A stretch of DNA of 63,207 nucleotides, counting the filler, from Nemertoderma westbladi (taxonomy: Eukaryota > Animalia > Xenacoelomorpha): assembly GCA_032718475.1 (NCBI GenBank). It is 4 parts of 4 records of this genome, joined end to end, with 100 filler letters (N's around TTAATTAATTAA, not from the genome) between each part and the next. Parts side by side here need not be neighbours in the genome. Positions count along the whole stretch, not along the records: positions 25,121 to 50,981 come from JAUCBJ010003343.1; 3 more parts are not named here. The stretch is one strand, 5' to 3'. Positions 39,798-51,081 of this stretch are shown here, one piece after another (within the stretch, counting starts at the first letter, position 1; the number at the start of each line of letters is the position of its first letter). Below the pieces are notes generated by a model that saw nothing but the letters and a program-made list of their open reading frames with translations, was not told where the DNA came from and searched no databases. Position numbers and translations under genes: made by a program.

Positions 39798-41517
39798 AAC
39801 AATTACCCATACGTCATAATCTAAGTTACTCAAATACATGAAACCCCGATTAATAAAAATAAATATAGCTACTAATTTGTTATTATGTATGTAGCCTTTA
39901 GAAATGAGGACATCTGGAAATCCATAATAGCCAGCTAACGGCATAACCGGGTTACAGGGGGTGGAAACGTACTGCCAACTCCCACTTATGTTGACAATGC
40001 AACGGCCTCCATACATACATACACCGTATTATGTGGTGGGATGGGGGTTGGGGGCTCCCACCAATACAATGCATTCAGTTCAATTGAGCTGCCTTCCAAT
40101 TTATCGTGGCTTTCCAATTGGAAAATACAGAAAATTAATAGATAGTTAGTTAGTAATGATTTCGCCGAATCGGAATGCACTGTCGCTAGTGACGGTAGGT
40201 ACTTCAAGTCAGACGTCTAGACAATGTCTAGACTGTACATCTGCATGTCTCACACCTATTGCATTACCTACGGCAGAGCGGATAACATTGAATATGTTAT
40301 CATTCCTTTGCTTATTGCATTTTATTATCATATAGGGGGAGGGGCACTCGACGCAATAAAAATTGAGCCCGCACCAGGAGAAATTCGACGCAAATAACCG
40401 ATATTATTGGCTCTCGCATCGCATATTACTTTGGTTAGAATAACAGGCAACTGAAATCTGCGGCTTTGCCTAAATTTATAATTTCATTGATAATATGCAC
40501 AGACGATATATTAATTCGACCATATTCGACCAATTCAGCCATATTATACTTGTATTAATTAGCGTCCGTCCGTCCGTCCGATGCATTATTACGTCACCGC
40601 GGAGTCCTTCGTTACTCCATAGATACATAACGCACTGAGGTATCGTTGTGATTCGACAAAAACTATATTATGGAAATGCACTAATGCAAATGACAGCAAC
40701 GGAGAGTGCTGCTGCAAAAATCCGGAATATCAATATGTCCTTGAATATACTGGGGGCGCATAATATACGAATTAGAAAAATATTGTACGTATGCTAAAAA
40801 AAGGTACAGTAATGTGGTTAATGGAAAATATATATCACTAAATAGGTAATGGGCCTAACTAATGGAGCTAGTTTGTGTATAGTAGTAGTAGTTTATTGTC
40901 ATAATTAACATTCAAAATAATATGCGGCCACAAACTAACTATAAATCAACTATAAATTTTCATCAGACATACATCAAAAACTTTAAACAATATTATCCAA
41001 AAATACCCTGTTAATATGATGACCTTTTATAATAATATGTACATAATATTTACTGAATCATAGGTTTTATTTAATATATTAATTAATTAACTGTATAATA
41101 CAATAAAGCACAAAATATAATCTGCATAGCTCCTTTAAATCGTTCTCTGTGAAAAATACACCAATGTTATTAAACTTTAACTGGCCAAAACGTTCTCTTA
41201 ACAATGTATGTTGTTTGTTTGTCTCAGATGCTTAAAGTCTCCCTTTTTATTATCATTTTCGAAAATTGAAAGAATATAGAATAACATCTCACGTGCCTTG
41301 AGGAAACTTGAATGTTTAGGTAGAACGAGTGTTCCGTAACAATCAGTATTATTTACATGCCTAGATGCTCACAAAGTTATCGGAATCGGAAACATTTGCC
41401 TATATATTAAACCTTACAGCTATTACAGGAAAACATAGAAAAAAATGCATGTGTTTGAGCTTCAATACAATGAGGGCAATCTATTAGCCGAAACAGAAAG
41501 GAATTCGGTCGCAGTCT

Positions 41518-42834
41518 GACTCGGTCCAGTCCAACGGTGACTACCAACTCGGTCCAGTCCAACGTGACTACCAACTCGGTCCAGTCCAACGTGACTACCA
41601 ACTCGGTCCAGTCCAACGTGACTACCAACTCGGTCCAGTCCAACGGTGACTACCAACTCAGTCCAGTCCAACGGTAACTACCAACTCGGTCCAGTCCAAC
41701 GTGACTACCAACTCGGTCCAGTCCAACGTGACTACCAACTCGGTCCAGTCCAACGTGACTACCAACTCGGTCCAGTCCAACGGTGACTACCAACTCAGTC
41801 CAGTCCAACGGTAACTACCAACTCGGTCCAGTTCAACGGTGACTACCGACTCGGTCCAGTCCAACGGTGACTACCAACTCGGTCCAGTCCAACGGTGACT
41901 ACCAACTCGGTCCAGTCCAACAGTGACTACCAACTAGGTCCAGTCCAACGTGACTACCAACTCGGTCCAGTCCAACGGTGACTACCAACTCGGTCCAGTC
42001 CAACGTGACTACCAACTCGGTCCAGTCCAACGTGACTACCAACTCGGTCCAGTCCAACGTGACTACCAACTCGGTCCAGTCCAACGGTGACTACCAACTC
42101 AGTCCAGTCCAACGGTAACTACCAACTCGGTCCAGTCCAACGGTGACTACCGACTCGGTCCAGTCCAACGGTGACTACCAACTCGGTCCAGTCCAACGGT
42201 GACTACCAACTCAGTCCAGTCCAACGGTGACTACCAACTCGGTCCAGTCCAACGGTGACTACCAACTCGGTCCAGTCCAACCAACGGCGACTACCAACTC
42301 GGTCCAGTCCAACGGTGACTACCAACTCGGTCCAGTTCAACGGTGACTACCGACTCGGTCCAGTCCAACGGTGACTACCAACTCGGTCCAGTCCAACGGT
42401 GACTACCAACTCGGTCCAGTCCAACAGTGACTACCAACTAGGTCCAGTCCAACGTGACTACCAAATCGGTCCAGTCCAACGGTGACTACCAACTCAGTCC
42501 AGTCCAACGGTGACTACCAACTCGGTCCAGTCCAACGGTGACTACCAACTCGGTCCAGTCCAACGTGACTACCAAATCGGCCCAGTCCAACGGTGACTAC
42601 CAACTCAGTCCAGTCCAACGGTGACTACCAACTCGGTCCAGTCCAACGGTGACTACCAACTCGGTCCAGTCCAACGGTGACTACCAACTCAGTCCAGTCC
42701 AACGGTGACTACCAACTCGGTCCAGTCCAACGGTGACTACCAACTCGGTCCAGTCCAACGGTGACTACCAACTCGGTCCAGTCCAACGGTGACTACCGAC
42801 TCGGTCCAGTCCAACGTGATTACCGACTCGGTCC
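41518..42834. repeat. Minisatellite, 27/28-bp unit (gactaccaactcggtccagtccaacg[g]t)
   Basis: Directly visible; recurs at 43503-44481 and 45150-46128. Confidence 0.96.
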
Positions 42835-45800
42835 TTCTAAAAGCTGAGTTCCTTACACACAGACAATCAGACATGCATCTTAACTTACAACATAGCTATA
42901 CTGTAGCTTTTACAATAAACCCGTTTCAATATCGATCGTTAGTTATAATTTATATAGAAGCTTTAATTCAGCCAGACGCCGCGATGGATATCCCACCACG
43001 AATAGAGGATATTAAATCGATTAAATAAAACTCTTGTTTATTTTAGATAGTATGCAATTTCACAAGACATCGATACCATTCACTAAAATATAAAACAAAT
43101 AATACGACTCAATTCAATCTGTACATGTGGTGTGGTTGTGGTACGTGGGGGTGTCTCTACATGTGTGGTGTGGTTGTGGTACGTGGGGGTGTCTCTACAT
43201 GTGGTGTGGTTGCGGTACGTGGCGGTGTTTCTACATGTGTGGTGGTGTGGTACGTGGGGGTGTCTCTGTCTACATGTGGTGTGGTTGTGGTACGTGGGGG
43301 TGTCTCTACATGTGCGGTGGTGTGGTTGTGGTACGTGGGGGTGTTTCTACATGTGGTGTGGTTGTGGTACGTGGGGGTGTCTCTACATGTGCGGTGGTGT
43401 GGTTGTGGCAGTGGTACGTGGGGGTGTCTCTACATGTGGTGTGGTTGTGGTACGTGGGGTGTCTCTACATGTGGTGTGGTTGTGGTACATGGGGGTGTCT
43501 CTTCCAACTCGGTCCAGTCCAACGGTTACTACCGACTCGGTCCAGTACAACGGTGACTACCAACTCGGTCCAGTCCAACGGTGACTACCAACTCGGTCCA
43601 ATCCAACGTGACTATGACTACCAACTCGATCCAGTCCAACGTGACTACCGACTCGGTCCAGTCCAACGTGACTATGACTACCAACTCGGTCCAGTCCAAC
43701 GTGACTACCGACTCGGTCCAGTCCAACTTGACTACCAACTCGGTCCAGTTCAACGTGACTACCAACTCGGTCCAGTCCAACGTGACTACCGACTCGGTCA
43801 AGTCCAACGTGACTATGACTACCAACTCGGTCCAGTCCAACGTGACTATGACTACCAACTCGGTCCAGTCCAACGTGACTACCAACTCGGTCCAGTCCAA
43901 CGTGATTACCGACTCGGTACAGTCCAACGTGACTATGACTACCAACTCAGACCAGTCCGACGTGACAACCGACTCGGTCCAGTCCAACGGTACTACCGAC
44001 TCGGTCCAGTCCAACGGTGACTACCAACTCGGTCCAGTCCAACGGTGACTACCAACTCGGTCCAGTCCAACGTGACTACCAACTCGGTCCAGTCCAACGT
44101 GACTACCAACTCGGTCCAGTCCAACGGTGACTACCGACTCGGTCCAGTCCAACGGTGACTTCCTACTCGGTTCAGTCCAACGTCACTATGACTACCAACT
44201 CGGTCCAGTCGAACGTGACTACCAACTCGGTCCAGTCCAACGTGTCTACCAACTCGGTCTAGTCCAACGCGACTACCAACTCGGTCCAGTCCAACGGTGA
44301 CTACCGACTCGGTCCAGTCCAACGGTGACTACCAACTCGGTCCAGTCCAACGGTGACTACTAACTCGGTCCAGTCCAACGTGACTACCAACTCGGTCCAG
44401 TCCAACGGTGACTACCAACTCGGTCCAGTCCAACGGTGACTACCGACTCGGTCCAGACCAACGTGACTACCGACTCGGTCCTTCTAAAAGCTGAGTTCCT
44501 TACACACAGACAATCAGACATGCATCTTAACTTACAACATAGCTATACTGTAGCTTTTACAATAAACCCGTTTCAATATCGATCGTTAGTTATAATTTAT
44601 ATAGAAGCTTTAATTCAGCCAGACGCCGCGATGGATATCCCACCACGAATAGAGGATATTAAATCGATTAAATAAAACTCTTGTTTATTTTAGATAGTAT
44701 GCAATTTCACAAGACATCGATACCATTCACTAAAATATAAAACAAATAATACGACTCAATTCAATCTGTACATGTGGTGTGGTTGTGGTACGTGGGGGTG
44801 TCTCTACATGTGTGGTGTGGTTGTGGTACGTGGGGGTGTCTCTACATGTGGTGTGGTTGCGGTACGTGGCGGTGTTTCTACATGTGTGGTGGTGTGGTAC
44901 GTGGGGGTGTCTCTGTCTACATGTGGTGTGGTTGTGGTACGTGGGGGTGTCTCTACATGTGCGGTGGTGTGGTTGTGGTACGTGGGGGTGTTTCTACATG
45001 TGGTGTGGTTGTGGTACGTGGGGGTGTCTCTACATGTGCGGTGGTGTGGTTGTGGCAGTGGTACGTGGGGGTGTCTCTACATGTGGTGTGGTTGTGGTAC
45101 GTGGGGTGTCTCTACATGTGGTGTGGTTGTGGTACATGGGGGTGTCTCTTCCAACTCGGTCCAGTCCAACGGTTACTACCGACTCGGTCCAGTACAACGG
45201 TGACTACCAACTCGGTCCAGTCCAACGGTGACTACCAACTCGGTCCAATCCAACGTGACTATGACTACCAACTCGATCCAGTCCAACGTGACTACCGACT
45301 CGGTCCAGTCCAACGTGACTATGACTACCAACTCGGTCCAGTCCAACGTGACTACCGACTCGGTCCAGTCCAACTTGACTACCAACTCGGTCCAGTTCAA
45401 CGTGACTACCAACTCGGTCCAGTCCAACGTGACTACCGACTCGGTCAAGTCCAACGTGACTATGACTACCAACTCGGTCCAGTCCAACGTGACTATGACT
45501 ACCAACTCGGTCCAGTCCAACGTGACTACCAACTCGGTCCAGTCCAACGTGATTACCGACTCGGTACAGTCCAACGTGACTATGACTACCAACTCAGACC
45601 AGTCCGACGTGACAACCGACTCGGTCCAGTCCAACGGTACTACCGACTCGGTCCAGTCCAACGGTGACTACCAACTCGGTCCAGTCCAACGGTGACTACC
45701 AACTCGGTCCAGTCCAACGTGACTACCAACTCGGTCCAGTCCAACGTGACTACCAACTCGGTCCAGTCCAACGGTGACTACCGACTCGGTCCAGTCCAAC

Positions 45801-46430
45801 GGTGACTTCCTACTCGGTTCAGTCCAACGTCACTATGACTACCAACTCGGTCCAGTCGAACGTGACTACCAACTCGGTCCAGTCCAACGTGTCTACCAAC
45901 TCGGTCTAGTCCAACGCGACTACCAACTCGGTCCAGTCCAACGGTGACTACCGACTCGGTCCAGTCCAACGGTGACTACCAACTCGGTCCAGTCCAACGG
46001 TGACTACTAACTCGGTCCAGTCCAACGTGACTACCAACTCGGTCCAGTCCAACGGTGACTACCAACTCGGTCCAGTCCAACGGTGACTACCGACTCGGTC
46101 CAGACCAACGTGACTACCGACTCGGTCCTTCTAAAAGCTGAGTTCCTTACACACAGACAATCAGACATGCATCTTAACTTACAACATAGCTATACTGTAG
46201 CTTTTACAATAAACCCGTTTCAATATCGATCGTTAGTTATAATTTATATAGAAGCTTTAATTCAGCCAGACGCCGCGATGGATATCCCACCACGAATAGA
46301 GGATATTAAATCGATTAAATAAAACTCTTGTTTATTTTAGATAGTATGCAATTTCACAAGACATCGATACCATTCACTAAAATATAAAACAAATAATACG
46401 ACTCAATTCAATCTGTACATGTGGTGTGGT
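42835..46430. repeat. Tandem duplication, 1647-bp composite unit (unique spacer + GT-rich minisatellite + 27/28-bp minisatellite), 2 full copies plus a third spacer
   Basis: The ORF track repeats at offsets of exactly 1647 (42789/44436/46083; 43125/44772/46419); copies appear identical. Confidence 0.95.
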
Positions 46431-47774
46431 TGTGGTACGTGGGGGTGTTTCTACATGTGGTGTGGTTGTGGTACGTGGGGGTGTCTCTACATGTGGTGTG
46501 GTTGTGGTACGTGGGGGTGTCTCTACATGTGGTGTGTTGTGGTACGTGGGGGTGTCTCTACATGTGGTGTGGTTGTGGTACGTGGGGGTGTCTCTACATG
46601 TGGTGTGGTTGTGGTACGTGGGGGTGTCTCTACATGTGGTGTGGTTGTGGTACGTGGGGGTGTCTCCACATGTGGTGTGGTTGTGGTACGTGGGGGTGTC
46701 TCTACATGTGCGGTGGTGTGGTTGTGGTACGTGGGGGTGTCTGTACATGTGGTGTGGTTGTGGTACGTGGGGGTGTCTGTACATGTGGTGTGGTTGTGGT
46801 ACGTGGGGGTGTCTGTACATGTGGTGTGTTGTGGTACGTGGGGGTGTCTCGTCTCTACATGTGCGGTGGTGTGGTTGTGGCAGTGGTACGTGGGGGGTGT
46901 CTGTACATGTGGTGTGTTGTGGTACGTGGGGGTGTCTCGTCTCTACATGTGCGGTGGTGTGGTTGTGGCAGTGGTACGTGGGGGGTGTCTGTACATGTGC
47001 GGTGGTTTGGTTGTGGCAGTGGTACGTGGGGGTGTCTCTACATGTGGTGTGTTGTGGTACGTGGGGGTGTCTCGTCTCTACATGTGCGGTGGTGTGGTTG
47101 TGGCAGTGGTACATGGGGGTGTCTCTACATGTGGTGTGTTGTGGTACGTGGGGGTGTCTCGTCTCTACATGTGCGGTGGTGTGGTTGTGGCAGTGGTACG
47201 TGGGGGGTGTCTGTACATGTGCGGTGGTTTGGTTGTGGCAGTGGTACGTGGGGGTGTCTGTACATGTGGTGTGGTTGTGGTACGTGGGGGTGTCTCTACA
47301 TGTGGTGTGGTTGTGGTACGTGGGGTGTCTCTACATGTGGTGTGGTTGTGGTACGTGGGGGTGTCTGTATATGTGCGGTGGTGTGGTTGTGGTACGTGGG
47401 GGTGTCTGTACATGTGGTGTGATTGTGGTACGTGGGGGTGTCTTTACATGTGCGGTGGTGTGGTTGTGGCAATGGTACGTGGGGGTGTCTGTACATGTAC
47501 GGTGGCGTGGTTGTGGCAGTGGTACGTGGGGGGTGCCTGTACATGTGCGGTGGTGTGGTTGTGGCAGTGGTACGTGGGGGGTGTCTGTACATGCGCGGTG
47601 GTTTGGTTGTGGCAGTGGTACATGGGGGTGTCTGTACATGTGCGGTGGTTTGGTTGTGGCAGTGGTACGTGGGGGTGTCTGTACATGTGGTGTGGTTGTG
47701 GTACGTGGGGGTGTCTCTACATGTGGTGTGGTTGTGGTACGTGGGGTGTCTCTACATGTGGTGTGGTTGTGGTA
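46416..47774. repeat. G-rich minisatellite, ~36-bp unit (acatgtggtgtggttgtggtacgtgggggtgtctct)
   Basis: Directly visible; strong G-strand asymmetry. Confidence 0.96.
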
Positions 47775-47892
47775 TGCACTATCATGCAGATGCCAAATGG
47801 AAGTATATTTTAGTACCACCACTTCAGTAGACTATTTCACAAAAAAATCTTGCATTCCAATAATCCTTCCTGCCAAAAAAAATGTTTTGCAA

Positions 47893-48272
47893 ACTACTGC
47901 TGGAAATTCCGTCAGTCACATAAAATAATACTAAAGTTTAGTTAATCTGAAACAGAAAGGCTTTCTGGCAAACTTTCTTTTCCACAAATTCAGATAATCT
48001 CATGACCAAAATACATGAGCAATATTAATGCTATCCGATAAAAGGAATACCTAAATTGGAAGCGAACTAAAAAAATCCGTATAAATACGGAATTTCACAT
48101 TAAGGTGGTGAAATTAGGCATTGCCTTTATCTGATATCATTAATATTACTCATGCATATTGGTCAAGAGAATATCTGAATTTGTGGTAAATAAAGTTTGC
48201 TAGAAAGCCTTTGTGTTTCAGAATAAATAAACTTTACTATTATTTTCTGTGACTGACGCAATTTTCAGTAGT
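47893..48272. mobile_element. Old degenerate palindrome (~165-bp arms), probable DNA-transposon relic
   Basis: ccgtcagtcacataaaataatactaaagttta...cagaaaggctttctggcaaacttt mirrored by aaagtttgctagaaagcctttg...taaactttactattattttctgtgactgacg; ccgtcagtcac recurs at ~48787, ~48982 and ~49148. Confidence 0.65.
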
Positions 48273-49181
48273 GAGTAAAACAACAATTTAGGAGTATTGG
48301 TAATTTTAACATTTGGCCAGAAAAAATAGAATCTACCGGTACCCAAATCAAAATATGTGAATATTTTGATATTCTGTTGCAACAAACTCAAGGAGACAAC
48401 AATGAGGACTGACGAGGAGACCGCATAGAAACTGAAGAGACAACTTTAATCCCATGTAACATAACCTTTCTACTTTAGTACCGGTCCGTATTCAGGTAGT
48501 GGTAGTTGTGCTTGTGCTTTGTTCTTTAATACATACCACAATTTAATTTGACAAAATAATCGAGATGCTTATAGGTATATTCTTTAAAAATATTAAATTA
48601 TTGATGAATTTTGAATGTGAATAAATATTATATAATATACCAGTAAAATATAAAATAAATAGTATATAGTAATAAAAAAATAAAATCTATTATATCACTA
48701 ATATTGTCTATAAACAATTATCTGACTATAAAAAGTTAAAATTACTGCGGAATGTCTCTGTTAGGATTTGATGGTTCCATTTTGTTCCGTCAGTCACATT
48801 TTGACACTACAGAGTTATAGTTCTATTACTGAAGTTGTTGGCTGCCTGATGTTAAAAATCTCATGGAATAACCACAAGGAACAGGGCTTTCGGTTTAGCA
48901 CATTGTAAACACTATTCTCAAAAAAATCGAACTTTACGCCACGCCAAACATATGTCATCAAAAAGTGGTCCTAATTGCCTTCCGTCAGTCACGTTTGCGA
49001 AATATCTAATAATTTTTTTATTAACAAACATTACGCCAAGTAATTTTTTATGGTAATGCACATGGATGAACTCTACCCAAAAATGTATTTGAAAATTTGG
49101 CGTGCCATTAACTCACTCAAGTGAACGCAGTTAAGTAATTCGATTTTCCGTCAGTCACATTTTGAATTAATCAATAATCGC

Positions 49182-49612
49182 CTCCAGGGGAAATTCGACG
49201 CAAATAACAGTTCGTTACTCTCAAAAATAAAACTGTAACCTGTTCTATTGTGATTAGTTTATTGTTTTGGTTAAAATAACGTGCCACTGTAACCTGCTTC
49301 TTTCCCTAAATTGAGAATTTAACATTGAGGCGGGATATTAATTCGCCAAGGCGGGTTTTGCGTCCAGTCCCCCCCCCACCCCCTGTCTCGAATTATGATA
49401 AGAATATTAGAGACAGGGGGGAAACTGGACGCAAAACCTGCCTTGGCGAATTAATATCCCGCCTCAATGTTAAATTCAAATTTAGGGAAAGGAGCAGGTT
49501 ACAGTGGCACGTTATTTTAACCAAAACAATAAACTAAACACAATAGAACAGGTTACAGTTTTATTTTTGAGAGTAATCAGCTGTTGTTATTTGCGTCGAA
49601 TTTCCCCTGGAG
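49182..49612. mobile_element. Foldback/MITE, ~430-bp near-perfect palindrome
   Basis: ~205-bp arms ctccaggggaaattcgacgcaaataac... / ...gttatttgcgtcgaatttcccctggag with a ~20-bp loop; partial copies at 24.8, 33.2, 36.8, 40.4 and 59.5 kb. Confidence 0.88.
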
Positions 49613-50444
49613 AGGGTTGAATTTTTATTGCGTCCAGTTTCCCCCCGTTTCTCGAATATTAATTCGCCAAGACGGTATTAGCGCACGCAACACAAAGACT
49701 ACGTATACAAGTCAAGCGTACATAAACTGGAACGGCAAGTTTGTTATAGGAACAATATTATTAATCAATTCAACGGGGAGGTGAGAGGTAATTATAAATT
49801 ATTATCCAATCAAGCGATTATAAGACGGGCGATTTGGCAGAACATCCCATCCAGACGTGTTTCTAACAATAAAAAATATCAATTTGGGACCGCATTGCCA
49901 AATATATCAGAGCTAAACCCAATGGAAATGGCTAGACATACCCCACTGATGACTGAGTAACATTCCACATAAATACAGCAGAGACGAGACATGCGCTCTA
50001 CATAACTCCTAGGGTGAACGAACTGTGAAGGGCGTTGCCGTGGTGATCACATAAACTAAACTGTAGAACAATGTAATTTTGATTGAGAGTGGCGTGGGAT
50101 ATCTAACTGCATGGGTGGGCGGTTCTATCAGCGTCTCAAATCCATCCGTCACATAAACAATCTAATTCCATGAATCCGATACTGTTTGCTGAGCAGAGAC
50201 TTTATGAACTTTACCATTCTCCACAACAAACAAAAAATAATATGTTAATCTAAATATTTATAAATGAACGAAAGTCAATAGAACAGTTTACCGTAATTTT
50301 GAGAATATCAGCTGATATTTGAGTAGATTTTCCCCTGGTGGAGGGATAAATGTTTGCTCTGAATCCGCAATTAAATGACCGAGATTATACTGACCTAAGT
50401 AGCTACTTATGGGAACTGACCGACTATAGAATTAGCTGACTCAC

Positions 50445-50567
50445 CATTAGCAGTACCAGCGAATAGCGGTGGAGCAATTGCAACGTGGACCAAGTAGCCA
50501 ATAATAATTGAAATAAACAGAAGAGATATGAGCAGTGTAACACAGAGGCTTGGTAGGTAACTAGGGT
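50445..50567 (-). CDS. Candidate 123-nt phase 1-1 exon encoding a transmembrane-like segment
   Basis: ttatttgtgtttcAG acceptor, aatg|GTGAGT donor, open reading PSYLPSLCVTLLISLLFISIIIGYLVHVAIAPPLFAGTAN. Confidence 0.5.
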
Positions 50568-50981
50568 CTGAAACACAAATAATATAAATAGTGTAACACA
50601 GAGGCTTGGTAGGTAACTAGGGTCTGAAACACAAATAATATAAACAGTGTAACACAGAGGCTTGGTAGGTAACTAGGGTCTGAAACACAAATAATATAAA
50701 TAGTGTAACACAGAGGCTTGGTAGGTAACTAGGGTCTGAAACACAAATAATATAAACAGTGTAACACAGAGGCTTGGTAGGTAACTAGGGTCTGAAACAC
50801 AAATAATATAAACAGTGTAACACAGAGGCTTGGTAGGTAACTAGGGTCTGAAACACAAATAATATAAATAGTGTAACACAGAGGCTTGGTAGGTAACTAG
50901 GGTCTGAAACACAAATAATATAAACAGTGTAACACAGAGGCTTGGTAGGTAACTAGGGTCTGAAACACAAATAATATAAAT
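50534..50981. repeat. Tandem repeat, 56-bp unit, 8 copies up to the gap
   Basis: agtgtaacacagaggcttggtaggtaactagggtctgaaacacaaataatataaa(t/c). Confidence 0.97.
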
Positions 50982-51081
50982 NNNNNNNNNNNNNNNNNNN
51001 NNNNNNNNNNNNNNNNNNNNNNNNNTTAATTAATTAANNNNNNNNNNNNNNNNNNNNNNNNNNNNNNNNNNNNNNNNNNNN
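50982..51081. other. Artificial contig linker
   Basis: N45-TTAATTAATTAA-N43. Confidence 0.98.

Noticed and set aside
42890-43085. Tudor-like EWYRCLVK peptide on the minus strand of the triplicated spacer
   Set aside because: Stop codon follows within a few residues and all frames are closed.
37064-47928. Long repetitive ORFs (Cys/Gly/Trp-rich, TTNSVQSN, YELSGQ etc.); same for those at 4.2-5.0 kb and 11.6-13.2 kb
   Set aside because: Translations of minisatellites, open in several frames and strands, with frame-breaking unit variants.
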